Origin: Hyphomicrobiales bacterium
GTDB lineage: Bacteria > Pseudomonadota > Alphaproteobacteria > Rhizobiales > JACESI01
Assembly (NCBI GenBank): GCA_013911885.1
Contig: JACESI010000011.1
Coordinates: 11,409 to 75,408 of the forward strand
Direction of reading: 5' to 3'
DNA length: 64,000 nucleotides
Position 1 is the first letter of the stretch. Each line of letters starts with the position of its first letter. Positions 1 through 13,906 of this stretch are shown in pieces. The notes beneath the pieces were generated by a model that saw only the letters and a program-made list of their open reading frames with translations, was not told the origin of the DNA and did not search any database. Position numbers and translations under genes: made by a program.

Positions 1-1422
1 CCAACGAGTGCCTATGCCGAGGCCGTTCGGGTGGATGGACCACAGGCTGTAGGCTTTGCAGATGTTGTTGAGAAAGTGACGCCGGCTGTTGTCAGTGTCC
101 GCGTCAAATCCAACATCGAAACAACCGGTTTTGCGAGCGGGCAGGGCAATCCGCTCGATGCGATTCCCGGTTTTCGCGATCTGCCGAAGGACCATCCGTT
201 CAATCGTTTCTTCCGGGAATTCGGTCAGCCAAATGGTGGCGAACCTGGCCAACCGAACGCCAAGCCAAAACCGAGATTCGCACTTGGCCAGGGCTCTGGT
301 TTCTTCATCTCCGAAGACGGCTATATCGTAACCAACAGCCATGTGGTTGATGGCGGCTCGGAATTCACAGTCGTTGCCAATGACGGCAAGGAACTGGAAG
401 CTGAGCTGATAGGGCAAGACCCGCGCACTGACCTTGCAGTCCTAAAGGTCAAGGACGGCAAAGGCCATACCTATGTGAAATTTTTTGATGGCAACACGCG
501 TGTTGGCGAATGGGTCGTTGCTATCGGCAATCCCTTTGGTCTTGGCGGCACTGTAACGGCGGGCATCGTCTCGGCACGTGGTCGTGATATCGGCGCCGGA
601 CCCTATGACGACTTCATCCAGATCGACGCGGCTGTGAACAAAGGCAATTCCGGCGGCCCTGCCTTCAATCTCAATGGTGAGGTGATCGGCATCAATACTG
701 CGATCTTCTCCCCATCGGGCGGCAATGTGGGTATCGCCTTTGCGATCCCGGCAGCGACCGCGAAGCAGGTCATCGCGGATCTTCGCGACAATGGCAAAGT
801 CATTCGCGGTTATCTTGGTGTTCAGATTCAAGACATCAACCGCGATATCGCGGACAGTATCGGCCTCGCGACGACCGAAGGCGCGCTCGTTTCCTCGACA
901 CAGGGCGATACACCGGCAGCCAAGGCTGGCGTGAAATCGGGTGATGCGATTGTTGCTGTGAACGGCGAGAAAATTGACGGACCGAAAGACCTGTCCCGCC
1001 GGATTGCGGGCCTGCGTCCCGGAACCGATGTCGAACTGACCATTTTTCGTCTCGGTAAAACCGAAAAAGTAATCGTGAAACTCGGCACCTTGCCGGAACA
1101 GCAGGCCGCCGCGATCGAGGTGCCAAAGGTTGACCCTGCCGAGCCCACCACCTTGGCAGATCTCGGTATTCAGGTGAAACCGGCGGATGACGGCAATGGC
1201 GTGGTCGTGACCGACATTTTGCCGGACAGCCCGCTTGCCGATAAGGGCCTGCGCAATGGCGACACCATTGCGGAAGTCGACAGCAAGGCCGTGGCTGGGG
1301 CTGATGCGATCAAGCAAGCCGTCGATGGTGCGCGCAAGGAGGGCAAGAAAGCCGTTCTTCTGCGTATAGAAGGTGACAATGGCACCCGATTCCTTGCCAT
1401 GCCTCTTGCCCAGAAAGGCTGA
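1..1422 (+). CDS. degP: HtrA/DegP-family periplasmic serine endoprotease (5' end outside window)
   Basis: Reading frame is open from nt 1 (track ORF 31..1422). Has the trypsin-like active-site motif GNSGGP and two C-terminal PDZ-like segments. Stop at 1420-1422 is followed by a hairpin terminator. Confidence 0.9.
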   Translation, partial: PTSAYAEAVRVDGPQAVGFADVVEKVTPAVVSVRVKSNIETTGFASGQGNPLDAIPGFRDLPKDHPFNRFFREFGQPNGGEPGQPNAKPKPRFALGQGSGFFISEDGYIVTNSHVVDGGSEFTVVANDGKELEAELIGQDPRTDLAVLKVKDGKGHTYVKFFDGNTRVGEWVVAIGNPFGLGGTVTAGIVSARGRDIGAGPYDDFIQIDAAVNKGNSGGPAFNLNGEVIGINTAIFSPSGGNVGIAFAIPAATAKQVIADLRDNGKVIRGYLGVQIQDINRDIADSIGLATTEGALVSSTQGDTPAAKAGVKSGDAIVAVNGEKIDGPKDLSRRIAGLRPGTDVELTIFRLGKTEKVIVKLGTLPEQQAAAIEVPKVDPAEPTTLADLGIQVKPADDGNGVVVTDILPDSPLADKGLRNGDTIAEVDSKAVAGADAIKQAVDGARKEGKKAVLLRIEGDNGTRFLAMPLAQKG

Positions 1423-1431
1423 TTTCCCGCC

Positions 1432-1481
1432 CCACCCGTCGCCGGCACGGATTGCCGGCGGCGGGTGGGTATAACTTTTTC
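1432..1481 (+). terminator. Rho-independent terminator after degP
   Basis: CCACCCGTCGCCGGCA (1432-1447) pairs with TGCCGGCGGCGGGTGG (1453-1468) with one mismatch and a 5-nt loop. It is followed by gtataacTTTTTc. Confidence 0.6.
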
Positions 1482-1581
1482 ATCCGACCTGTTTTCTTTG
1501 ACTGTCCGCTTTGTGCGGTTGATGATCGGACAAAGTTTAGTCCCTTCGCCCTCGCGATTTGAGAAGGGCATAGAGAGTGGT

Positions 1582-2280
1582 ATGCGCGTTCTTCTAATCG
1601 AGGATGACACAGAGGCGGCCGAATATCTGACCAAAGCCCTGAAAGAGGCGGGCCACGTTGTGGATCACGCCAAGGATGGCGAAGAGGGCTACTTTCTTGC
1701 AAGCGATGCCCGCCACGATATCCTGATTGTCGACCGGATGTTGCCGAAGCGGGACGGTCTTTCGGTCATCTCGAGCCTGCGTGCTGAAAAAATCACGACA
1801 CCTGCCCTCATCCTTTCCGCCCTGGGCGAAGTTGATGACCGTGTTCAGGGGCTGCGTTCCGGCGGCGACGACTATCTTACCAAACCCTATGCTTTTTCAG
1901 AACTTCTCGCGCGCATTGAGGTGCTCGCGAAGCGCCGTGGCGGCTTTGCCGATGACAATGCGACTTTGCGTGTCGGCGACCTTGAACTCAACCGCCTGTC
2001 GCATGTCGTAACACGGGCCGGATCCGTGATCGCGCTTCAGCCGCGGGAATTTCGTCTTCTCGAATATTTGATGAAGAATGCCGGTCAGGTCGTGACGCGC
2101 ACCATGCTTCTTGAAAATGTCTGGGATTATCATTTCGATCCGCAAACAAATGTCATCGATGTTCATATCTCGCGGTTGCGCTCGAAGATCGACAAGGGTT
2201 TCGATCCGCCACTCCTTCACACAATGCGCGGCGCGGGATACAAGATAATGGTGCAGAAAGACCCCGGAGCGATGGCGTGA
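1582..2280 (+). CDS. OmpR/PhoB-family two-component response regulator
   Basis: Start trimmed to ATG 1582 (MRVLLIEDD...), where the receiver domain begins. Receiver Asp context ILIVDRMLP and a C-terminal winged-helix segment (VHISRLRSKID...GAGY). The stop overlaps the kinase start (GTGA). Confidence 0.9.
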   Translation: MRVLLIEDDTEAAEYLTKALKEAGHVVDHAKDGEEGYFLASDARHDILIVDRMLPKRDGLSVISSLRAEKITTPALILSALGEVDDRVQGLRSGGDDYLTKPYAFSELLARIEVLAKRRGGFADDNATLRVGDLELNRLSHVVTRAGSVIALQPREFRLLEYLMKNAGQVVTRTMLLENVWDYHFDPQTNVIDVHISRLRSKIDKGFDPPLLHTMRGAGYKIMVQKDPGAMA

Positions 2281-3686
2281 AGCTCAACATTCCGGTTTTT
2301 TTCAAGACGACGGCCTTTAAGCTGACCGCCATCTATATGGCGGTCTTTGTGTTGTTCTCGATTGTAGCCGTCAGCTATGTTTTCTATACCGTAAACGAGC
2401 GGCTGCGCGTACAACTCGACACCGCCATCGAGAGCGAGATCGCGGGACTGCGCGGGCATTACGAGCGGCTTGGCATTCGCGGGCTTCTCGATCATGTTCA
2501 AAGCCGCAGCCGTCAGCCGGGCGCACCCGCCCTTGTCGTCACAAATTATCAGGGGCGCGGCCTCACCGGAAACATTCCCAATCTGCCTCCAGGATTTCTC
2601 GATCTCGACCGCAAAATGCTTCACCCTCTCCCCTATGATCGTACCCGCCCGGATGGTGAGGTGGAGCGCACCTTGGCAATGGTGCGGATTTTCGATCTTC
2701 CCGGTGGCTTCAATCTGGTGATCGGGCGTGATATCGCCGAGCGGGAGGAATTCAAACGTACGATTTCGGGCTTTGTCGTCATCTCCCTTGCGGCGTTGGC
2801 GCTGCTTGGATTTCTGAGCTGGTATCTGATCGGCCGCCGGGTGCTGCGCCGGATCGACAACATGTCTGCTACGAGCCAGAAAATCGTCGCAGGCAACCTT
2901 TCCGAGCGCCTTTCCATCGAAGGATCGGGCGATGAGTTCGACCGCCTCGCAGGCAATGTCAACAATATGCTGAACCGTATCGAAGGCCTGATGGTCGGGC
3001 TCAAGGATGTGTCCGACAATATTGCGCATGACCTCAAGACCCCGCTGACCCGAATGCGCAACCGTATCGAAGCCGCTCTCGCAGGCGACAGCAGCAAGGC
3101 GGATCTGCGTGCTGCGCTTGAAGCGACGATCACGGAATCCGATCATCTCATCCGCACATTCGACGCCCTTCTGCGCATTGCGCGTGTGGAGGCAGGTTCT
3201 TCGCCGGGCGTCGACGAAAGCGTGAACCTCAACACGATCGTTGCCGATGTGGTCGATCTTTATGAACCGCTCGCGGAGGACGCAGGGGTTTCCATCACGG
3301 TCGATTTGCCGCAAGAGCCGATTCTGACCCATGCCAACCGTGAATTGGTCAGCCAGGCAATCGCCAATCTCCTCGACAATGCGATCAAATATGCAAGTTC
3401 CGAGACGGGTCATCCGGCTGCTGTCCGGGTCGGTCTTTCAGAAAAAGCCGGGCAGGCCGTCGTTGTGGTTGCTGATAGCGGTCCGGGCATACCGGCGTTC
3501 GAGTATGGCAAGGTCGTACAGCGTTTTACCCGGCTCGAGCGAAGCCGTTCGAAACCGGGCAGCGGCCTCGGCCTCAGTCTTGTCTCGGCGGTCGCGAAAC
3601 TCCACGGCGGCACCCTGTCTTTTGGGGATAACAACCCGGGTCTTGTGGCGAGCCTGTCTTTGCCGTTGGATAAGAAGCATCGATAA
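2277..3686 (+). CDS. HAMP-domain sensor histidine kinase (partner of preceding RR)
   Basis: Two hydrophobic TM stretches flank a roughly 120-aa periplasmic loop. H-box NIAHDLKTPLT and ATPase N/G boxes (LLDNAIKY, DSGPGIP, GSGLGLS). 4-nt overlap with the RR gene. Confidence 0.9.
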   Translation: MKLNIPVFFKTTAFKLTAIYMAVFVLFSIVAVSYVFYTVNERLRVQLDTAIESEIAGLRGHYERLGIRGLLDHVQSRSRQPGAPALVVTNYQGRGLTGNIPNLPPGFLDLDRKMLHPLPYDRTRPDGEVERTLAMVRIFDLPGGFNLVIGRDIAEREEFKRTISGFVVISLAALALLGFLSWYLIGRRVLRRIDNMSATSQKIVAGNLSERLSIEGSGDEFDRLAGNVNNMLNRIEGLMVGLKDVSDNIAHDLKTPLTRMRNRIEAALAGDSSKADLRAALEATITESDHLIRTFDALLRIARVEAGSSPGVDESVNLNTIVADVVDLYEPLAEDAGVSITVDLPQEPILTHANRELVSQAIANLLDNAIKYASSETGHPAAVRVGLSEKAGQAVVVVADSGPGIPAFEYGKVVQRFTRLERSRSKPGSGLGLSLVSAVAKLHGGTLSFGDNNPGLVASLSLPLDKKHR

Positions 3687-3708
3687 CCGACTTCAACCAG
3701 GGTGGCCT

Positions 3709-6638
<2,930 letters not shown>

Positions 6639-6642
<4 letters not shown>

Positions 6643-8963
6643 GCGGCGTTGACCGAGCACAGGGAGTTCGGCAGTGTGAAAGTAATGTCTGTGCCTTTGC
6701 CGAACGTTGACTGAATGGTAAGCGAGCCGCCGTGCATCTCGATCAGGGACTTGGAGATCGCGAGGCCAAGTCCGGAGCCGGTATGGTTCTTGGTGTGCTG
6801 GTTCTGAACCTGTTTGAAAGGTGTACCGATCTGGCCGATAATTTCCTCCGGGATTCCTATCCCGGTATCGCTGATCTTGACTGAAATAATGTCCCGCATC
6901 GCCATGCAGGTTACTTCGACACGACCACCATGGCGGTTGAATTTCAGGGCATTTGATAGAATATTGAACAGAATCTGTTTGAGCGCGCGCCGGTCGGCAA
7001 ACATCGGAATCGATTCCGGCATGACACAAGTAAGAGCGATGCCCATGGATTTCGCCTCATTTGCCGATGCCTCGACCACACCCGCTAGAATATCCGATGC
7101 GTCGATCTGCTCGGGTTCAAGTTCGAACTGGCCGGCTTCGATCTCCGACATGTCAAGAACATCGTTGATGAAAGACAGCATATAAGTGCCGCTCTTGCTG
7201 ATGTCGTCACAATATTCGCGGTAGCGATCACAACCAAGTGGCCCGAACGCGCCATGCCGCATGACATCTGAAAAACCGATAATGGCATTGAGCGGTGTAC
7301 GCCATTCGTGGGAAATATTGTTAAGGAATTGCGCCTTGGCGCGGTTTGCTTCCTGAGCGATTTCGCGCTGCTTGTCGAACATGGTCGCAAGATTGCGAAG
7401 CTCCATCTCTGAGCGCTCCAGATGGGCGACGATTGCCTGCAATTCCTGCTCGCGGTTGCGCAGGCTCTCTTCATTCCGTTTGATCCGGGTAATATCGGTA
7501 CCGATGGTTACATTGCCGCCATTCTTGGTGCGGCGCTCGTCGATTTGTAGCCAGCGCCCGTCGACAAGTGCAGTCTCAAAGGTACGCCCGCTGAAGCTGT
7601 TCTGAATGGTATCGTTCGGCTGGAGGTTGATGAAGGGTGATTTGGCTGCCTTCATGATATCGTCGTAATGCGCGCCGGGCACCATGATTTCTTCCGGCAG
7701 GTTGTTGAGTGTACGATATTTGCAGTTGCTCACGACCAGCCGGTTGTCAGCGTCCCAGAGCACGAAGGCTTCGGAAAGCGACTCGATTGATTCGCGAAGC
7801 TGGGTGTTGGCGGTTTTATTTTCACGTTCGAGTTTGATTTGATCGGTGATGTCGATGCAGATGCCAACAAGATGCGGGGTCTCACCATTCGAACCGGGCA
7901 CCGTCTCGCCACGTGCGCGAACCCAGACCCAGTGCCCGTCTGCATGGAGCATCCGGTATATCTGATCGACCTGGGTCAGGCCTTGGGACAGAATGTTTTC
8001 CGCTGTTTTCATGAGGTCGATGTCATCGGGGTGGACGAGTTCGCGAACCTCGCCGAAGCCCATCAGGGATTGTCGGGGCGGCATGCCGAGGATTTCGAAC
8101 ATCGACGGCGACCAGAACGCCCGGCCGCGACCAACGTCCCAGTCCCACAGGCCGCATTTGCCACGTTTCAAGGCGGTGTCGAAGCGGGAATAGATCTCCT
8201 GATAGATCGTATCCGCTTCGTCGGCGCGGCTGGTCTGACTAAAGAATGCATAAAGAAAAACGATGAGAAGAATACTGGTACCGATGAAGATCGAGGCATT
8301 CAGGCTGACATCGGTGCGCCATTTCGCAAGCAACGCTTCTTCCGGCTGATAAAGCGTAATGCTTCCAAGCCCGTTGTCGAGATAACGCAGTGTGACAAGG
8401 GCGGGTTCACCTGTTGCGACCAGAGGAAGTTGCATGACACCGGCGCGTGCGCCGAATGTGAGCAGCGCCTGGGTCGGCTCCAAAATATCCGAGAGATAGG
8501 TACCCTTGTGGCCGTTGCTCGCCGGTTCCTCAGCCAGGATACGACCTTTCGGCCCGGCAACGAGAAGCACGCGTCCATCCCGCGTCGCGCCCGCGGGCGT
8601 TGCATTTGCAAGCGCTCCCGCCAGTTGTTCGTCAACATTGGCGCCCTGGATATTGCGCGCCTCTTGCTCGATCTGGTGTTCCACAAGTGTTGCAATCAGC
8701 ACCAACTGCTCGGTTGCCTGACGCAGGGTCTCGTCGCGGTTTTCCATCAGTTGGACGGTGCGCGCAACGCCGATGACAAGAAGAAATGTGATAATGAAGA
8801 CGGGGATGAGGCGGCGAAAGACAGGTTCAGCTTCAAGCAGATTCGAATAGGCAGGTTGCGCAATAATCGTTGCATGCCCATTCACAGGGTTGTGCTTTCG
8901 CGTGCGTTCGAAAAATGAGTAAAAACTCTTCTCCGACGCTGAGGCATCGTGCGCCTGCGCCAT
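6639..8963 (-). CDS. Membrane-bound PAS-domain sensor histidine kinase (PleC/DivJ-like)
   Basis: N-terminal TM, periplasmic region and second TM, then two PAS-like segments. H-box ISHEWRTPLNAIIGFSDV and a C-terminal HATPase (GSGLGLAISKSL). Its 3' end overlaps the glnE stop by 4 nt (convergent). Confidence 0.85.
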
Positions 8964-9130
8964 TTATTCCCCCGATTTGTACTGAACTTTTGATTTTCTG
9001 GATCGCAGCCCACGGATCCGAATCACTTCTATTTGAATCCAAGAGAATCAGCTTGTCCAGTAGATATTCGGGAAATTCTTCCTAAGCTTTCCGTCTCTGA
9101 AGGGACGCGGCCCGTTCGGAGGCCCTGTTC

Positions 9131-11785
9131 CTACAACAAGGTGCGTGCAACGATGTCGCGCACATCGGCCGACAAACCGGCGGAGTTCGAAATCCGCTTC
9201 AAGGCCCGCTCTGCGCGCTCCCTGCGGCGTGGCTCAAGCTGTTTCCATGAACTGAAACTCGTCAACAAGCGGGCTGCTACTTGCGGGTTTACGGAATCAA
9301 GATCGACCACAAGGGTGGAGATAAACTGATATCCCGCGCCATCCGGGCGATGGAACTGTGATGGATTTCCTGCGGCGAAACTGCCGATCAGCGAGCGAAT
9401 ACGGTTTGGATTGGTGATCGAAAAGATCGGATGTTTCATCAGTTCCTTGACTTTCTTCAAGGTCGTCTCTTCCGGCGTCATCGCCTGAACGGCGAACCAT
9501 TTGTCCATGACGAGTGGCTGCGAGCGGTAGCGCCTGTCGAAATCGGCAAGAGCCTGTTCCGCCGAGGGCAGGCTGTGGAGAACAAGAACTGAAAGAGCGG
9601 CAAGGCGATCGGTGAGATTGGTGGCCTCGCCATATTGCTGGCGCGCCAGACGCTCACCCTCGCCGCCGATGCTTGCGAGAATCGAAAGGCAGGCGTTTTT
9701 CAGGCTGCGACGGCCGACCTGGTTGCCATCGGGGCTATAGGCCTCGCGGAGCTGGTTCTCCTCGAATTTCATGATGAGCGTTGCATGCGCACGCTGGGCA
9801 AGTTCCTGCTTCAGCCAGATACTCGCCTGGTGGATCAGATCCGGGTTGACATCCTTGCCGACATGCTGGGCAAGGTCGGTCTCGCTTGGAAACGCAAGAA
9901 ACTGAGCCCTGAAGTCGGGGTCGAGCGTATCGTTGCTGAGCGTTGCTTCAACGCCCTCGAAAAAACAGTCGAAAGCATCGTCAGGTTCGCGACCTTTAAT
10001 GAGACAGTCGATTTTGTCGAGAAGAACGCGAACCGCAATCGTTTGCATTGCCTGCCAGCGGTTGAAGCTGTCGCTGTCATGGCCGATGAGAAAGATCAGA
10101 TCATCTTCGTCAAGGGGATGGTCGAGGCGCACAGGTGCCGAAAAACCGCGCAACAAAGACGGGACTGGGCGTTCCTTCAGGCCATTGAAGGTGACGACAT
10201 GGTGCGCATCCTTGAGATGCAGAATGTCGCCGGTGACCTCAGCGCCCCTGACGCTTTCATAGGCAAGGTCTGCTCCATCCAGCCCGACAAGGCCGAAGCG
10301 GACTGGAATATGCAGCGGCTTTTTCTTGACTTGCCCGGGTGTTGGAAGGGTGGTCTGGTTAATATCGAGGGTGAGGGTGCCCTTCGCCTGATTGTAGGTG
10401 GTCTTGACGAGAACCTGTGGTGTTCCCGACTGCTCATACCAGAGCTTGAACTGCGCAAGATCGATATCGCCGCCATCTTCCAGCGCCTTGAGAAAATCCT
10501 CGATCGTCGCCGCCTCGCCGTCATGGCGTTCGAAATAGGTATCGAGACCTCGCGCAAATTTTTCGTCACCCGCAATGGTCTTGATCATTCGCACGAGTTC
10601 CGCGCCTTTTTCATAAACGGTGGCGGTATAGAAGTTGTTGATCTCGTGATAGGCCTGTGGTCTGACCGGATGGGCGAGGGGGCCTGCATCCTCCGGAAAC
10701 TGGCGCGCGCGCAACATCCGCACATCGTTGATGCGCTTCACCGGTCGCGAGCGCATATCCGAAGTGAATTCCTGATCGCGGAAGACCGTGAGGCCTTCTT
10801 TCAGGCAAAGCTGGAACCAGTCGCGGCAGGTGATGCGGTTGCCGGTCCAGTTGTGAAAATATTCATGCGCGATGATCGCCTCGATATTGGCGAAATCCTG
10901 ATCCGTCGCCGATGCTGTGTCAGCAAGCACATATTTGTCATTGAAGATATTCAGCCCTTTGTTTTCCATCGCGCCCATGTTGAAATCGCTGACAGCGACA
11001 ATCATGAAAATGTCGAGATCATATGCGCGGCCGAACACATCCTCGTCCCATCGCATACATTTCTTGAGCGCCGCCATGGCCCAGTCGCACAGATTCTGCT
11101 TGCCGGGTTCCACATAGATCTTGAGATCGACCACCCGACCGCTTCTGGTTGTGAACGTATCAGTGATATGGGCAAGCTTGCCCGCGACCAGTGCGAACAG
11201 ATAGCTGGGTTTCGGGTGCGGGTCTTCCCAGATTGCGTAATGCCGGTCAGTGCCCTCGATCCGCTTGGTTTCGATCAGGTTGCCATTGGCGAGAAGAACG
11301 TCGGTCTCGCGGCGGGTTGCCTCGATCCGGGTTGTGTAGCGGGTGAGGACATCGGGACGATCCAGAAAATAAGTGATCCGTCGAAAACCCTCGGCCTCGC
11401 ACTGGGTGCAATAGATGCCGGATGTGAGATAAAGTCCCATCAGCTTCGTATTGGTCATCGGGTTGACGCGCGTCGTAATCTGCAATTCGAAGCGCTCGTC
11501 CGGCACCGTCTGGATGATGAGGGCCTCCGGTGTCGCCTCGAATGCCCTGGCCGGAAGATCGCGACCATTTATGCTGACGAAATCGAGCTTCAATTCGTCA
11601 CCGGCGAGAACGAGCGGCGGCTTTTCGCCGTCCGCGCTTCGGGCGGCGCGCTCAATGGTCATGGTGGAAATGATGACGGTCTGTTCCGGATCGAGCCGGA
11701 TATCAAGGTTTAGATCAAGAATGTTGAACGCTGGCGGCTGATATTCAGCGAGGTAGACGGGTTGTCCGCTATAGGTTCTCATCAC
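9131..11785 (-). CDS. pepN: Aminopeptidase N (M1 family)
   Basis: 884 aa with the GAMEN exopeptidase motif and HEYFHNWTGNR...E zinc motif. Confidence 0.95.
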   Translation of the reverse strand: MMRTYSGQPVYLAEYQPPAFNILDLNLDIRLDPEQTVIISTMTIERAARSADGEKPPLVLAGDELKLDFVSINGRDLPARAFEATPEALIIQTVPDERFELQITTRVNPMTNTKLMGLYLTSGIYCTQCEAEGFRRITYFLDRPDVLTRYTTRIEATRRETDVLLANGNLIETKRIEGTDRHYAIWEDPHPKPSYLFALVAGKLAHITDTFTTRSGRVVDLKIYVEPGKQNLCDWAMAALKKCMRWDEDVFGRAYDLDIFMIVAVSDFNMGAMENKGLNIFNDKYVLADTASATDQDFANIEAIIAHEYFHNWTGNRITCRDWFQLCLKEGLTVFRDQEFTSDMRSRPVKRINDVRMLRARQFPEDAGPLAHPVRPQAYHEINNFYTATVYEKGAELVRMIKTIAGDEKFARGLDTYFERHDGEAATIEDFLKALEDGGDIDLAQFKLWYEQSGTPQVLVKTTYNQAKGTLTLDINQTTLPTPGQVKKKPLHIPVRFGLVGLDGADLAYESVRGAEVTGDILHLKDAHHVVTFNGLKERPVPSLLRGFSAPVRLDHPLDEDDLIFLIGHDSDSFNRWQAMQTIAVRVLLDKIDCLIKGREPDDAFDCFFEGVEATLSNDTLDPDFRAQFLAFPSETDLAQHVGKDVNPDLIHQASIWLKQELAQRAHATLIMKFEENQLREAYSPDGNQVGRRSLKNACLSILASIGGEGERLARQQYGEATNLTDRLAALSVLVLHSLPSAEQALADFDRRYRSQPLVMDKWFAVQAMTPEETTLKKVKELMKHPIFSITNPNRIRSLIGSFAAGNPSQFHRPDGAGYQFISTLVVDLDSVNPQVAARLLTSFSSWKQLEPRRRERAERALKRISNSAGLSADVRDIVARTLL

Positions 11786-12092
11786 ATCCGCCCCCGAATT
11801 TGCCTGTTTGTTCTTCGGGCAAGATTTCCCGACGATTATCAGAAATGGTATATAGAACCTGATCGCGCAGGTCGGTACCGTATTATTTTTTAAATTGTGT
11901 TCCGAGTTCGCGCCCGATCAAAAGCAATTAACAAGTCTAGCACCGATACTACAATAAGATGTTGGTAGGTTTACATTATCTGGTCAATTCATTTCACGAT
12001 TTCATGAGGATGCCGCAATTCCCTCTGCCGGGCAGAGCATCACGGGCGCGAACGATCAGGAAACGCCGCAGGCGGGCGATGTCTGTTGCCGG

Positions 12093-12737
12093 TCAATCAT
12101 GGATGCGCAGTTCATCATAACAGACCATGACATGGGCTGCAAAGGCGGGCCTTTTCTTGAGCGTTTCATAATAGCGTTTCAGGTTTGGGCGTTCTGGCCG
12201 TTTGATGTCGATGTCGAAATAGCGAAACAGGCAATGCCCGAACTGGATGTCGGCAAGGGTGAAATCCTGGCCTGCGAGATAGGGCCGCTCCGTGAGCTGG
12301 CGCTCGCCGATATCAAGAACCTTATCGAGGTCGCCGATTGCGCTTTCAATGGCCCTGGCATCGCGTTTCGATGGGGCGGTGCGCACGACCGGACGAAATA
12401 TCGTGGCGGTGAATTTCGAGGCAACATTGAGCTTCGCCCATTCCGCCCACATATCGACATGAGCCCGTGCGACCAGATCGTGCGGCCAGAAGGCGGGCGG
12501 CGCGTAGCGGTTTGCGAGATAACGCAGGATCGCACCGGATTCCCAAAGCGGCGCATTGTCACCGTCGATCAAGGTCGGGATCGTGCCATTGGGGTTGATC
12601 GTAAGATAGTCCGGCGTGTTGTTGACGCCGTAGATATAACCGGCATCCACCCGCTCGACCGCGAGTTCCAGCTCCGCAAGACACCACAGCACGGACTGAA
12701 CATTCGAAGAAGAGCGCCGCCCCCAGACCTTGATCAT
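12093..12737 (-). CDS. Glutathione S-transferase family protein
   Basis: 214 aa. N-terminal thioredoxin-like GST fold (GTIPTLIDGDNAPLWESGAILRYL) and a C-terminal helical domain. Confidence 0.8.
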   Translation of the reverse strand: MIKVWGRRSSSNVQSVLWCLAELELAVERVDAGYIYGVNNTPDYLTINPNGTIPTLIDGDNAPLWESGAILRYLANRYAPPAFWPHDLVARAHVDMWAEWAKLNVASKFTATIFRPVVRTAPSKRDARAIESAIGDLDKVLDIGERQLTERPYLAGQDFTLADIQFGHCLFRYFDIDIKRPERPNLKRYYETLKKRPAFAAHVMVCYDELRIHD

Positions 12738-12924
12738 GTGATATCTCCGAGTTTCTGAAAATCACCTTCGCAAGGACGGGGATAGGCAGAATGGATTATT
12801 TTTCGTATGGCGTCATTTAGCGGTGGGATTTTGAATGGTCAAAGCCATCTTTTCGTAAAATGAGCGAGCGGTCGGACATGTGTCCCGGCTGATCGGAGCA
12901 TTTTCGGCACTATTGGAGAAAATC

Positions 12925-13836
12925 ATGACGGGAAATGCCCCATTGATCCTTGATGGCAAGGTGATGAGCGCAAAGGTAATCACCAATGTGAAGGCTGCGA
13001 CCGAACGTCTGATCGCGAATACCGGCGTCACGCCGGGTATTGCCGTTATCATTGTCGGCAATGTCCCGGCAAGCGAAGTTTACGTCCGCAATAAGGGCCG
13101 GACAGCCGAGGATTGCGGGTTCAAATCCGTGACCCATCGCCTCCCGGAAGAGACGAGCGAGGCCGCGCTTCTGGCTTTGGTGGAGAAACTCAATCAGGAC
13201 CGAACCATCCACGCAGTCCTCGTTCAGCTTCCGGTGCCGGACCATATCGACGATGCAAAGGTGATACAGACCATCGCGCCGGCAAAGGATGTTGACGGAT
13301 TCCATTTCATCAATGTCGGCAAACTTGGAACCGGCGCGACGGAGACCGCGCTCATTGCCTGCACGCCGGTCGGCTCGATGGTTCTCCTGCGTGAAGCGCG
13401 CGGGCGCGATCTCTCGGGTCTTCATGCCGTGGTCGTCGGGCGGTCGAATATTGTCGGAAAGCCGATGGCGAACCTTCTGCTTCAGGCCAATGCGACCGTG
13501 ACCATCGCCCACAGCCGCACAAGCGATCTGCCCGCCATGTGCCGGACCGCCGATATTCTTATCGCCGCTGTCGGACGCCCTGAGATGATCAGGGGCGACT
13601 GGGTGAAGCCGGGTGCGACCGTGATTGACGTTGGCATAAACCGGATTGCAGCACCGGAAAAAGGCGAAGGAAAATCGCGCCTGGTTGGTGATGTTGCCTA
13701 TGATGAGGCGGCAAGGGTTGCCGGTGCGATCACGCCGGTGCCGGGTGGCGTCGGCCCGATGACCATCGCCATGCTGATGGCAAACACGCTGAAGGCCGCT
13801 TCCGTTGCAGCCGGGGTGGAGCCGGAGGCAATCTGA
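12925..13836 (+). CDS. folD: Bifunctional 5,10-methylene-THF dehydrogenase / methenyl-THF cyclohydrolase
   Basis: Start trimmed to ATG 12925, preceded by GGAGAA. Typical FolD sequence (ILDGKV..., [30 protein letters not shown]). Confidence 0.95.
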   Translation: MTGNAPLILDGKVMSAKVITNVKAATERLIANTGVTPGIAVIIVGNVPASEVYVRNKGRTAEDCGFKSVTHRLPEETSEAALLALVEKLNQDRTIHAVLVQLPVPDHIDDAKVIQTIAPAKDVDGFHFINVGKLGTGATETALIACTPVGSMVLLREARGRDLSGLHAVVVGRSNIVGKPMANLLLQANATVTIAHSRTSDLPAMCRTADILIAAVGRPEMIRGDWVKPGATVIDVGINRIAAPEKGEGKSRLVGDVAYDEAARVAGAITPVPGGVGPMTIAMLMANTLKAASVAAGVEPEAI

Positions 13837-13873
13837 TGCGACCCGATGCGACCTGATGCGACCTGATGCGACC
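13834..13873. repeat. Tandem 10-bp repeat x4 (TGATGCGACC; copy 2 is CGATGCGACC)
   Basis: Read directly: tgatgcgacc cgatgcgacc tgatgcgacc tgatgcgacc. The first copy contains the folD stop codon. Confidence 0.9.
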
Positions 13874-13906
13874 GGGCGCCCTTTCGCCGAGGTCACTTGC
13901 CTGCTG

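Noticed and set aside
3331-3708. N-terminal 126 codons of the 1103-aa track ORF for glnE
   Set aside because: This part overlaps the 3' end of the histidine-kinase gene in another frame and has no GlnE-like sequence. ATG 3709, directly after the kinase stop, gives a normal-length GlnE.
9635-11713. 692-aa plus-strand ORF antisense to pepN
   Set aside because: Shadow ORF. The same applies to similar long antisense ORFs at 2217-3413, 7839-8918, 14836-15804, 15964-17064, 21734-22936, 27386-28474, 29624-30550, 45242-46249, 48948-49976, 52077-53294 and 59984-60955. In every case the opposite strand carries diagnostic motifs, and these translations are Arg/Gly/Asp-rich with no family signature.
13834-13873. 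CRISPR-like array (also considered for the repeats at 41786-41821, 57408-57462 and 62971-63009)
   Set aside because: The units are 10-20 bp and directly abutting with no spacers, and there are no cas genes. These are simple tandem repeats.
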